Positions 8,873-17,692 of a stretch of 64,000 nt of DNA are shown one piece after another. Source of the stretch: an uncultured Desulfurococcales archaeon (GTDB lineage: Archaea; Thermoproteota; Thermoprotei_A; Sulfolobales; CAZFJX01); assembly GCA_964519505.1 (NCBI GenBank), contig CAZFJX010000001.1:15543-79542 (forward strand). Direction: 5' to 3'. The notes under the pieces were generated by a model. That model ran no database searches, was not told the origin of the DNA, and saw only the letters and a list, made by a program, of their open reading frames with translations. The position numbers and the translations under genes were made by a program. Positions within the stretch are counted from its first letter, which is position 1, and the number at the start of each line of letters is the position of its first letter.

Positions 8873-9865
8873 ATGTTACTAAGGGATCCCTTAGACCATG
8901 ACATACTTATTGATAGGGAGGGTAAAGTATATGTTGTTGTAGGTAATACACACCCGCTCAACTATATCATAGCCTACATAAAGTACGTACCTACGTATAG
9001 AAGAACTCCTTGGTTTAAGGATGGTATATATTATGAGAGAGTACTTAAGGTTTATGATGTCAGAGAGTTAAGGCGTAACTGTACTGAGTATCAGGAATGT
9101 GTTTATGACCCTATACTAGATGCCTTAACGCCCATACTTAGGGTTAAAGATATTATGCAGCATCTAATACCTAGCACCAGGCTTAAGGTGGTATTAAAGG
9201 AGCCTAAAGACGAGTTAGAGCGTAAGTTAACTTCCTTATGTCTTGAATTATACTCGTTAGGTGTCAGTATCGATGACTTAGGTGTTACTGGCTCCATACT
9301 TGTGGGTATGCATAACCCTAAGATGTCGGATATAGACCTAGTTGTTTATGGGTGGTTAAGTGCTAAGAAGTTTATGGAGGTAATTAGGCATGTAGCTGAA
9401 CCCTTGCCAAGAACCTACGTAAAGCGCGTGGTTAAAAGAGAGTTCAGTAAGAGAGGATTAGATCCCAGGCTTAAAGATCATGTATTACCTATATGTAAGA
9501 GATTCATGTATAAGGGTACGGTAGTCAATGTCATATACGTCAATACTAAAACATCTAGAACTGAATACTCAGTTAGGAACTTAGGTTCTATTGAGGTCAG
9601 GGCTAAGTTAAAACCCACATATGAAACTATATGCTATCCCTCCATAGTCAAGGTAATTGAAAGTGAGGTTATTAAGGGCTTAAAGAATGTAAGGATTTCC
9701 TCAATAATTAGTTATGATTACTTCCTATCGTTCCTTTTATATCATAGTAAGGAGGTTTTGGTGAGGGGTATACTTCAGTATGTTGAGAGTGAAGGTACTT
9801 ATAGGGTGCTTATAGGTGGTGCTGAGGTCAGTTGGTATGTTAAGCCTTTAGAATTAAATTATTAA
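8873..9865 (+). CDS. predicted nucleotidyltransferase (pol-beta/MNT-type core with N- and C-terminal extensions)
   Basis: GVTGSILVGMHNPKMSDIDLVVYG, which is the G-S ... D-x-D signature of minimal nucleotidyltransferases. Confidence 0.55.
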   Translation: MLLRDPLDHDILIDREGKVYVVVGNTHPLNYIIAYIKYVPTYRRTPWFKDGIYYERVLKVYDVRELRRNCTEYQECVYDPILDALTPILRVKDIMQHLIPSTRLKVVLKEPKDELERKLTSLCLELYSLGVSIDDLGVTGSILVGMHNPKMSDIDLVVYGWLSAKKFMEVIRHVAEPLPRTYVKRVVKREFSKRGLDPRLKDHVLPICKRFMYKGTVVNVIYVNTKTSRTEYSVRNLGSIEVRAKLKPTYETICYPSIVKVIESEVIKGLKNVRISSIISYDYFLSFLLYHSKEVLVRGILQYVESEGTYRVLIGGAEVSWYVKPLELNY

Positions 9866-11290
9866 TTACTGAAGGAGCTTACATTCTTTAATTCTCATCC
9901 CTGACCTTATTAATGTATATAGTATTGCCGCGGTTATCAACGCGTAGAACATAGCGGTAAATATGAAGTTATGAGTTAATGCAAACGTGAATGCAAATAC
10001 AGCGAAGGCTAGGTATGATACTTCATAGGGACTTACGTTCTTATGTAGTAATTCTTGAACACCTTTAGGTGTTCTCTTATAGACCTCTCTAACGTTTAGG
10101 AATCCTTTTAAGGTATTTAACGCCAGTGCAGGTATCATGGTAGCTACTACGGAAGCGTTAGTACCTAGTGATCTTAGGGCGTTGAAGAACTTATATCCCC
10201 TCCTCCTTAGTGAATCCATGAACTGATATACGTAGGCGGCAGCGGCTATGAATGGCACTATGTTTATGTAGAAGAACTTATACATAGGGTCTATTTTATC
10301 TATGAAGAGGGCCAGAAGTAAAAGCCCCTGTCCTAAGCTCAAGAATATTGTGGGCACATACTGAGATAGGAAGAATATTGCCTCAATCTTCTTCAGAAGC
10401 CCTAGCTTACTCTTAACGATCATTCTTAAGCCCTTACGAAGTACTTGAGCAACACCATAAGCCCACCTTAATTGCTGTGTCCTTATTGATGTGTATGTTG
10501 ATGGTACTGATACCCTAATACCCTCATTATCTAAGTACTTAATCCTCTTTCCTTTATTCATGAACTTAACTCCTATCCACATATCATCCTGAATTATGTC
10601 GTAATCCCAAAGCCCTACATCCTTAAGCGCTTCCTTACGGAATAAAGTCCCGGACCCCAATGGGAATACGAAGAAACCCCACCTACTCCTACCGCTATAT
10701 AGGGTATCAACTACGTAGTACATACTCTTACATACAGCACAGGCTATCTTTGTCGGAAAGAAAAGGTAGGGCAACCACCTATAGACACATGCATCATATC
10801 CCTGCTCCATACACTTAATTCCTTCGTTAATAGCGTTACTACTTAACTTAGAGTCCACATCAATTATCAGCACGTAATCACCTCTAGCTCTAAGAACGCC
10901 ATACGCGAGGGCCCCAGCCTTACTGCCTATGGGCTTATCACGTATGAATACCTTAATATTAAAATCTACTTCTTTAGCTAGCTCATTGACCTTACTCTTA
11001 ACTTCATCACTATAAGGTGGTTCATCATCACTAACTATAATTAGTTCCAGCCTATCTTTAGGGTAATTAAGTGAGTTAACATTACGTATTAATTCCTCAA
11101 TAAGTTCTAGCGGTTCGTTCTTTACGGGGACGACCACGGATATTAATGGGGTACCTAAGTTCTCTTTAGGTGCGTTATCTACGTACTTACCTCTCTTTAT
11201 CCCTAAGTAATAAATTACATGCTGAAGCAGAAATACAGTCGAGCTTATAGCTAGCAATAGTACCGATGCTAAAGACAGGGCATAGTTCAT
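9866..11290 (-). CDS. family 2 glycosyltransferase, processive synthase type (D,D,D,QxxRW) with multiple TM helices
   Basis: VVVPVKNE...SDDEPP, IIDVDS, QDDMW and TQQLRWAYG motifs. Hydrophobic segments at the N- and C-terminus. Confidence 0.8.
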   Translation of the reverse strand: MNYALSLASVLLLAISSTVFLLQHVIYYLGIKRGKYVDNAPKENLGTPLISVVVPVKNEPLELIEELIRNVNSLNYPKDRLELIIVSDDEPPYSDEVKSKVNELAKEVDFNIKVFIRDKPIGSKAGALAYGVLRARGDYVLIIDVDSKLSSNAINEGIKCMEQGYDACVYRWLPYLFFPTKIACAVCKSMYYVVDTLYSGRSRWGFFVFPLGSGTLFRKEALKDVGLWDYDIIQDDMWIGVKFMNKGKRIKYLDNEGIRVSVPSTYTSIRTQQLRWAYGVAQVLRKGLRMIVKSKLGLLKKIEAIFFLSQYVPTIFLSLGQGLLLLALFIDKIDPMYKFFYINIVPFIAAAAYVYQFMDSLRRRGYKFFNALRSLGTNASVVATMIPALALNTLKGFLNVREVYKRTPKGVQELLHKNVSPYEVSYLAFAVFAFTFALTHNFIFTAMFYALITAAILYTLIRSGMRIKECKLLQ

Positions 11291-11296
11291 CGGTAC

Positions 11297-12661
11297 CTAC
11301 CTTATTAGAGCTATAGCTATATCATTAACATTAGTACCTGTAGCACCTGTGATTATTAGGTGATGGCCCAACTTCTTAAATAAGGTGTATGAGTCGTTAT
11401 TCTCTAAATATTCCTTAAGGTTTAACCTAGCATCCTTAGCCATATTCATGGTTTCTGAAGAGACTATAGCACCAGCCGCGTCGGTCACGCCATCAATACC
11501 GTCAGTACCGAATGATGCGAAAACAACGTCCCTTAATCCAGCTATAGAGATCGCCACCGAGAGAGCCAGCTCCTGATTCCTACCTCCCACACCTGAACCC
11601 CTAACGGTAACAGTTGTTTCCCCACCCATAATTAATGCTGCTGGTTTATTGACTGGTATGTCATGTTCCTTGACCGTTCTTATTACTGACGCTATAAATT
11701 TACCAACCTCCCTAGCCTCACCCTCCATATGTGATGTGAGTATGAGTGGGTTATAGCCTAGCTCCTTAGCCTTTTTAGCTATAGATCTTAGCGCAATGAT
11801 ATTGCTAGCCACGATGTAGTTACGTACTCTATTAAATAATGGATCACCAGGCTTGGGGGTTTCAGGTACTTTACCCTCAACTCCTAACTTAATCCTCTCC
11901 CTAATGCTCTTAGGTACCTTATCCCATAAGCCATACCTAACTAAAACCTCGTAAGCATCCCTGAACGTTGTTGTGTCAGGTGCTGTAGGGCCCGAAGCTA
12001 TGAACTCTATGTAGTCACCAACAACATCAGAAATTATTAATGCGTATACCTTAGCACCGTTAAGATACCTAAGTAACTGACCCCCCTTAACTAAAGATAC
12101 GTGCTTCCTAACAGTATTCACCTCCCTTATGCCAGCACCAGACTTAAGTAGTAACTCATTAAGTTTAGTTAAGTCATGAACACTTATACCTTTAGGAAGA
12201 ACCTCAAAAAGCGCTGACCCACCCCCTGAAATTAAGACTATAACTAAGGTTCTCTTATTAGCCTCCTTAGCTAGCTTAATAAGCTCTAAGGAGGATCTTA
12301 TTGTGTCATGTGAAGGATATGGGTGATTACCGTAAAATACCTTAATCTTCTTTAATAAGGAGGCATCTACCTTGGCGCCCTTAGGCATTATTACTAACCC
12401 TTTATCTATCACCTCCTCAAGAACGGACTCAATACCTTGAGCCATCTTAAACGATGCTTTACCTATGCCCAGAACCAATACCCTCTCATATAGACCCAGA
12501 TCTACATGCTCGTCAACCACCCTTAACTTATTACCTACTAACTCAACATTACGCTTAATAGCTATGACAGGATCCGCGCTCCTTAAGCCCTCATTAATGA
12601 GTTCTATCATGTCCTTATGTATGTCCGTTATTAACAGTTCATTTACGTTCTTAATATACAT
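11297..12661 (-). CDS. gck: glycerate 2-kinase (MOFRL family)
   Basis: GGETTVTVRGSGVGGRNQELAL and the C-terminal MOFRL-like GTDGIDG...ITGATGTNVND. Confidence 0.8.
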   Translation of the reverse strand: MYIKNVNELLITDIHKDMIELINEGLRSADPVIAIKRNVELVGNKLRVVDEHVDLGLYERVLVLGIGKASFKMAQGIESVLEEVIDKGLVIMPKGAKVDASLLKKIKVFYGNHPYPSHDTIRSSLELIKLAKEANKRTLVIVLISGGGSALFEVLPKGISVHDLTKLNELLLKSGAGIREVNTVRKHVSLVKGGQLLRYLNGAKVYALIISDVVGDYIEFIASGPTAPDTTTFRDAYEVLVRYGLWDKVPKSIRERIKLGVEGKVPETPKPGDPLFNRVRNYIVASNIIALRSIAKKAKELGYNPLILTSHMEGEAREVGKFIASVIRTVKEHDIPVNKPAALIMGGETTVTVRGSGVGGRNQELALSVAISIAGLRDVVFASFGTDGIDGVTDAAGAIVSSETMNMAKDARLNLKEYLENNDSYTLFKKLGHHLIITGATGTNVNDIAIALIR

Positions 12662-12762
12662 AAATTAAACACACCTATATCACAATGTACGCTTAGGTTA
12701 AAAATTTATTACGTACCTAATCACTATCTAAACTGTGGTTAGAACTCGGAGGGTGCTAATTT

Positions 12763-13023
12763 GTGAAAATTAGCATGGCTGATATCATAAAGTGGATCAA
12801 GAGGAAGAAAGTTAAGTACGTTAATGCCCGTAGAATAGCTAAAGAGTTCAATACTGACCCAAGACTTGTTGGTAAGATACTCTCCTACCTATCTAAGCTG
12901 GGTGCTTTAAAGCTTTATAAGAAGAGAAAGGGTAGGTTCTCCATATACCAAGTTGAGAGCACAGCCATCGATAAGATAGACCTTAAGGGGTTTAAGGGAA
13001 AGAAAAAGAAGTTTACAACTTAA
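12763..13023 (+). CDS. small basic protein, probable winged-helix DNA binder with Lys-rich tail
   Basis: 86 aa. ARRIAKEFNTDPRLVGKILSYLSKLG resembles an HTH. C-terminal KGKKKK. An alternative ATG lies at 12775. Confidence 0.35.
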   Translation: MKISMADIIKWIKRKKVKYVNARRIAKEFNTDPRLVGKILSYLSKLGALKLYKKRKGRFSIYQVESTAIDKIDLKGFKGKKKKFTT

Positions 13024-13080
13024 CGTAAATATGTATCTGAGTAGTTTTATTTGGTTAATAATTATGTCCCCCTAACTTAA

Positions 13081-13782
13081 TTAGAACTTAACTACGCCAT
13101 CTTCTATGTCTTTACTGACCTCTTCTAAGTCCTTTAGCGTGTCTATCGATCTCCAGTAAACATTCTCAAATATCACACCCCTAAGTAGGCCTTTAGATGC
13201 TAATGTAGGGAACGTGGTTTTTTCGATATCGCCTTTCACTGGTAGGTAATTGAGTATTTCAGGTCTCATTACGTAAACCCCAGCATTTATTAAGTAGTCC
13301 TTAATCAGTGGCTTCTCTAGGAATGACCTTACATTACCTTCCTCATCAACCTTAACTACGCCGTAAGGTGATTTAAGGGGTACCAACGCTATTGAGGCTA
13401 AGTACTTATCCGTTAATGAATTAAGTAATATATTGACGTCTATATTAGTTATTATGTCCCCGTTGATTACTATGAATCTATCTATCTTCTTGAGTATGCC
13501 TTCAGCGTTCTTTATGGCACCACCAGTACCTAGAGGTACATCCTCAACTACATAAGTTATGTTAACACCTAACCTAGAGCCGCTACCTAGATAATCAATT
13601 ATCTTCTCCTTTAAATAGCCGGTAAGTACTATGAATGTCCGTATTCCGTACTTCTTAAGCCACATTATCTGCCACTCAACGATTGGTTTACCAGCAACCT
13701 CGACCATGGGCTTAGGTCTATCACTAGTTAAGGGTCTTAATCTCCTACCTAAACCACCAGCTAAAATTACGGCATAACCCAT
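13081..13782 (-). CDS. sugar-1-phosphate nucleotidylyltransferase (short form)
   Basis: N-terminal AVILAGGLGRRLRPLTSDRPKPMV signature of NTP-transferase family proteins. Confidence 0.8.
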   Translation of the reverse strand: MGYAVILAGGLGRRLRPLTSDRPKPMVEVAGKPIVEWQIMWLKKYGIRTFIVLTGYLKEKIIDYLGSGSRLGVNITYVVEDVPLGTGGAIKNAEGILKKIDRFIVINGDIITNIDVNILLNSLTDKYLASIALVPLKSPYGVVKVDEEGNVRSFLEKPLIKDYLINAGVYVMRPEILNYLPVKGDIEKTTFPTLASKGLLRGVIFENVYWRSIDTLKDLEEVSKDIEDGVVKF

Positions 13783-13865
13783 CTAGACCTCCACTAATAA
13801 ATTAGTTAAGAGTTTAAGAATATGTGCTTTGGAACGTTAAGGACTGCATAGAAGTTCCACGTCAA

Positions 13866-13886
13866 GAAAAAGTTTTATTTAAAAAT
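13866..13886 (-). terminator. oligo-T terminator candidates downstream of the S-layer-like gene
   Basis: On the minus strand, two T5 tracts (CAATATTTTT and CTTTTTC) lie within 40 nt after the TAA stop. Confidence 0.4.
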
Positions 13887-13904
13887 ATTGTTTTAGGGTA
13901 CTAC

Positions 13905-16900
13905 TTACTTTCTCCTAGCTGCTGTGTATGCTAAGAGAGCAAATATGAAAGCTAATAATGCTAGTACTACTGCTACGTAGAGTACCGGCATTATGGCGTC
14001 TACCTTACCGCCGATGTCGGTCTTTACAGCTTCTACATCAGCCTTAGTAGCTACATCAGCAGTCTGTGACTTGATAGCGCTTACATCAGCACTTACGCTT
14101 GATAATGCATCACTAATGCTTGAGATGCCGCTGCTTATGTCCTCTAATGCTGGTGCTAGTGCTGTGGTTATTGCGTTAACGTCGTCCTTGGTAGCTAAGT
14201 TGCTTAGTAACGGTATTATCTGGTCCTTAATTGTTGATACAGCTGCTGAGATCTCGCCAACGCTAGCAGCTAGCTGCGTTACTGAGGCGTTTAGTGCCGC
14301 TGTTGATGCCTGTAGGGCGATTAGTACGTTATTAAGCTGCCCACTTAACCCTGTCACTGCACTGTATATGTCATCTAGCTTACCTAGCTTACCCTCAATT
14401 GAGCTAACCTTGCTCTCAATGGTGTCTAACTTACCTAATACGCCAACGATGGCCTCAACAGTGCCTTTAATTACGCTTACATCACCCTGTATGGCACCTA
14501 CGATGTTGGCGGTTGATGTTACTTGAGGTAGTATCGTCTCCTCAATTAAGCTCCTTAGGCTACCTAAGCCCGTTAGAACCTTAGGTATCTCATGCAGTAC
14601 CTTATTAGCAACTACCACGTAACCAGGAGTACTTACATCAGGCTCCGGGGCTCCAGGCTCTCTGTATACTAAGGCTACCTCATAGATGCCCTCGTCAGAG
14701 AACGGTATATATAGTGCTGGCTCAACACTCGCAGTAGTTGCTCTTAATACACCGTTGCTGTCAACGCTCCAACCAGTTATGTGGGTGTTTAGCGTGAATA
14801 GTACCTCAGTGTTGTTGACTACTAAGCCGGATATCACTGTGCCTGGCTTGAAGCCGGTACCGATTACCCTAACTAAGCCTGGGCCGCTTAGTATCGGCAT
14901 TAAGTCCTTTCTAGTGATGCTTGTTAGCAGTACCTTAGGCTTGACTATGAGTACTGACTCCTCTGGTGGGAATACGTAAGTGCCGTTGAAGAACTGTGCT
15001 ATGTACTCCTCAGTTGGGGTCTTAATAACTACCTGGTACTCGCCAGCAGGTATAGTTGGTACTATGAAGCTAGCAGTGAATGAACCGTCCTCCCTAACAG
15101 TTGCCTTAGCTACCCAGATCTCGCCAGGCCTTAAGAATATCTTCACTACAGTACCTGGACTAAAGCCAGAACCATTAACTACTATCTCATCGCCTAGGTA
15201 GTCGCATGGTATCGCTGATGATACCTTAAAGCCACATACCTTAGTTACCTCGAACTCCTCACATGGACACGCCTCTAACTTTAGACCTACATGCATGCCC
15301 GCAGCAGTAACCTCAGTCTCTGGAGCAGCACTAACGACGTTTGACTTACTTATGACAGCCCTCACTAATACTACGAAGTAGTTCTTAGCACCTACGATGA
15401 GCATTAGCGTGTACTCGTAACCATAAATGTCTTTACCCCATAACCAGTGAGCACCGAATGGCAGGTCCTCAGGCAGCCTCATTACGAAGGTGACGTTACC
15501 GTCCCTACCTAGTACTACAGTGTTGTCCTCGTAGGAAGTCTCTGCATCAACTATTATTACCGGGTAGGTGCTGTTGTCTAGCCTTAGCGTTAATATGTTC
15601 TCAGTGCCTGTGTAGAACTTGCCTGGACCGAATCCTGTGGCTAATATCGTTATCTCCTCACCGGGCAGTACTTGACCAGCCTCAACAGCTAATCTCGGCC
15701 TTACTAGGTAGCCTGGGGCTCTGAAGGTGTCCTCCCTAATTACGTAGCCTTCTAGGGTTGCTGTAGCGTCTAGCGTGTCCCTAGCTACTACTAAGGTTAC
15801 CTTCCACCTCCACTCATGGTCACTAAACCAGTCAGTCGTGTATGTTAGGTAGTCGGTACCTATAGTCATGTTACCAGTGAAGGTCTTCTCAGTACCAGTG
15901 TCGTAGTTCTTGTAGTAAACTGAGGCTACAGCGCTATAGATCTCTCTGCTCCTCTCCTTAAGTACTAGGAATATCTGGTTAGTGTACTCATAGAATAGCG
16001 CTGAGAACTTGTACGCTAGGTTCTCGCCAGATACGGGCTCAGTGCCGCCGGGACCTGCTGATGGATAGCCTGGAGTAAATGATATGGCGCTGACGTTAGC
16101 GCCTATGCTCGAGTCATAGGTCATTAGCTCATCATGCACGAATAGCGAGACCGGCGGTATTGCTGGGTAGCCAGTCATGTTTAGTAACTCATACCTTGTG
16201 TAGTGGTCGCCAGTCCCTGTGTCGATCCATCTGGTCGCTGTGATCCTGTAGTCCTTACCTAGGTATGTGAAGTCTATTGCTAGTACCTGGTCTAGTATGA
16301 AGCTCCTGTTGGTGGCTACGGGTATGAACCTTAGGTCGCTACCGATTATTGTTGCAGTAACGTTTACTAACACACTAGTACCGAATACTGCCTCAGTCTC
16401 TAATGTAGTGAATGTTATGTAGTTGGTCTTGTTGATCGTGAATGTTGAGCTCTTAGTTATTGACTCGATGATTGGTGCCTCAACTACTGTGATGTTGTAT
16501 AGACCAGCAGTCATGTTCGTTCCGAAGCCCCAGTAGAACTTCCATATACCGTTCTTGGAGTCCCAGTACCATGTCCTGAATGTGTACTCAAAGTAACCAC
16601 TGTCATCAGTCTTTAGGAGTACCTTGCTAGCGTAGTAAGAGGTTCTTGGGCTGTAGTCAACTACAGGCTCAAACTCGTAGTATATGTTCGTGAAGTTGGT
16701 GTTGCTGAACTTGATTAGCTTTATGGTTGCGTCAGCGCTGAAGCCGTAGCCATAAATCGTTACGTTGTCTGGTGGTGCCTTCCAAGCACCGAAGCCCTCA
16801 GTTGTTGATAGGAGTATCTGTGGTACTATGAGTAATGTTGCATTAGCTGAATAGCCTCTAGCGTCATAAGTCTCAATCAAGTACTTACCCCTAGCTAGGT

Positions 16901-17528
16901 ACGGCGTTGGCTGTAACTCACCTAAGGATAACCTAGTCGTGAATGTTCCGTTATCACCTACAGTTATGGCTGGTGATATCGTCCAGTTCTTTACTAAGCC
17001 GCCACATGAGGCTGTCTGACACTTAGCGTACATGGTGTCAACGACTGAACCGGGCTCGAAGCCTGTACCCTTAATCGTTAATGTCTTATTGTTGCCTAAG
17101 GCATCGACGTTAGGTGTGATTGTTGGCGTCACTATTAGCTTCGGGAATATCTCAGTAGTGTTCGGTGATGGATAAGCCCATACTGGTGATGGCCATGTGC
17201 CTATGTAGATGTACGGCGTTACATAAGTGCCTGGCATCTCTTCAGGCAGCGATAGCCTAAATGTGTACTCACCAGGGAATAAGTATAGCTCAATATAATT
17301 GTAAATCTCTGGATAGAACGTGCCTGTGTCCACTAGCGCTATTGTGTAGTAGCCCTCAGAGTACACTGTCACATTAATCTCTATGATCTGGCCAGGCACA
17401 GCAGCTACTGGCCCGCTACTAGTTATTTCTGCATAAGGTCCTTGGGCCTTTATTGGCAGGCCCATTAATATTGGTGCTAACATTAAGAGCGCAAATATTA
17501 TTGTAATGTATTTTTTATACTTCACCAT
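13905..17528 (-). CDS. large surface (S-layer-like) glycoprotein with signal peptide, coiled-coil stalk and C-terminal TM anchor
   Basis: Signal peptide MVKYKKYITIIFALLMLAPILMGLPIKAQG, and about 900 aa of beta-rich sequence with many sequons. About 220 aa of Ser/Ala/Val/Ile-rich periodic sequence follow (SKVSSIEGKLGKLDDIYSAVTGL...). The protein ends with the TM helix VLYVAVVLALLAFIFALLAY and then ARRK. Confidence 0.6.
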   Translation of the reverse strand: MVKYKKYITIIFALLMLAPILMGLPIKAQGPYAEITSSGPVAAVPGQIIEINVTVYSEGYYTIALVDTGTFYPEIYNYIELYLFPGEYTFRLSLPEEMPGTYVTPYIYIGTWPSPVWAYPSPNTTEIFPKLIVTPTITPNVDALGNNKTLTIKGTGFEPGSVVDTMYAKCQTASCGGLVKNWTISPAITVGDNGTFTTRLSLGELQPTPYLARGKYLIETYDARGYSANATLLIVPQILLSTTEGFGAWKAPPDNVTIYGYGFSADATIKLIKFSNTNFTNIYYEFEPVVDYSPRTSYYASKVLLKTDDSGYFEYTFRTWYWDSKNGIWKFYWGFGTNMTAGLYNITVVEAPIIESITKSSTFTINKTNYITFTTLETEAVFGTSVLVNVTATIIGSDLRFIPVATNRSFILDQVLAIDFTYLGKDYRITATRWIDTGTGDHYTRYELLNMTGYPAIPPVSLFVHDELMTYDSSIGANVSAISFTPGYPSAGPGGTEPVSGENLAYKFSALFYEYTNQIFLVLKERSREIYSAVASVYYKNYDTGTEKTFTGNMTIGTDYLTYTTDWFSDHEWRWKVTLVVARDTLDATATLEGYVIREDTFRAPGYLVRPRLAVEAGQVLPGEEITILATGFGPGKFYTGTENILTLRLDNSTYPVIIVDAETSYEDNTVVLGRDGNVTFVMRLPEDLPFGAHWLWGKDIYGYEYTLMLIVGAKNYFVVLVRAVISKSNVVSAAPETEVTAAGMHVGLKLEACPCEEFEVTKVCGFKVSSAIPCDYLGDEIVVNGSGFSPGTVVKIFLRPGEIWVAKATVREDGSFTASFIVPTIPAGEYQVVIKTPTEEYIAQFFNGTYVFPPEESVLIVKPKVLLTSITRKDLMPILSGPGLVRVIGTGFKPGTVISGLVVNNTEVLFTLNTHITGWSVDSNGVLRATTASVEPALYIPFSDEGIYEVALVYREPGAPEPDVSTPGYVVVANKVLHEIPKVLTGLGSLRSLIEETILPQVTSTANIVGAIQGDVSVIKGTVEAIVGVLGKLDTIESKVSSIEGKLGKLDDIYSAVTGLSGQLNNVLIALQASTAALNASVTQLAASVGEISAAVSTIKDQIIPLLSNLATKDDVNAITTALAPALEDISSGISSISDALSSVSADVSAIKSQTADVATKADVEAVKTDIGGKVDAIMPVLYVAVVLALLAFIFALLAYTAARRK

Positions 17529-17548
17529 ATCTTACACCCAACACAATC

Positions 17549-17563
17549 ATTTTAAATATATGA
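17549..17563 (-). promoter_or_regulatory. TATA box of the S-layer-like gene (leaderless transcript predicted)
   Basis: Minus strand CATATATTTAAAATG, centred about 28 nt upstream of the ATG. Confidence 0.45.
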
Positions 17564-17692
17564 TGGTGGGGGTATTTATGGGTTATGAGTAGAGACTAAC
17601 CAACAATTGTCGAATTTATCCATAGGAGATTCAAGTAGGGGTTTAAGAAACTGGCGAATACTCTGATGTAATTCTTACGTGGGAAAAAGTTT

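Noticed and set aside
13993-15201. Three long plus-strand ORFs (177, 97 and 73 aa) antisense to the S-layer-like gene.
   Set aside because: They are Ser/Thr/Ala/Leu-rich low-complexity translations that mirror the periodic Ser/Ala/Val coding strand. They have no start context or motifs. The minus-strand 1207-aa ORF explains the region.
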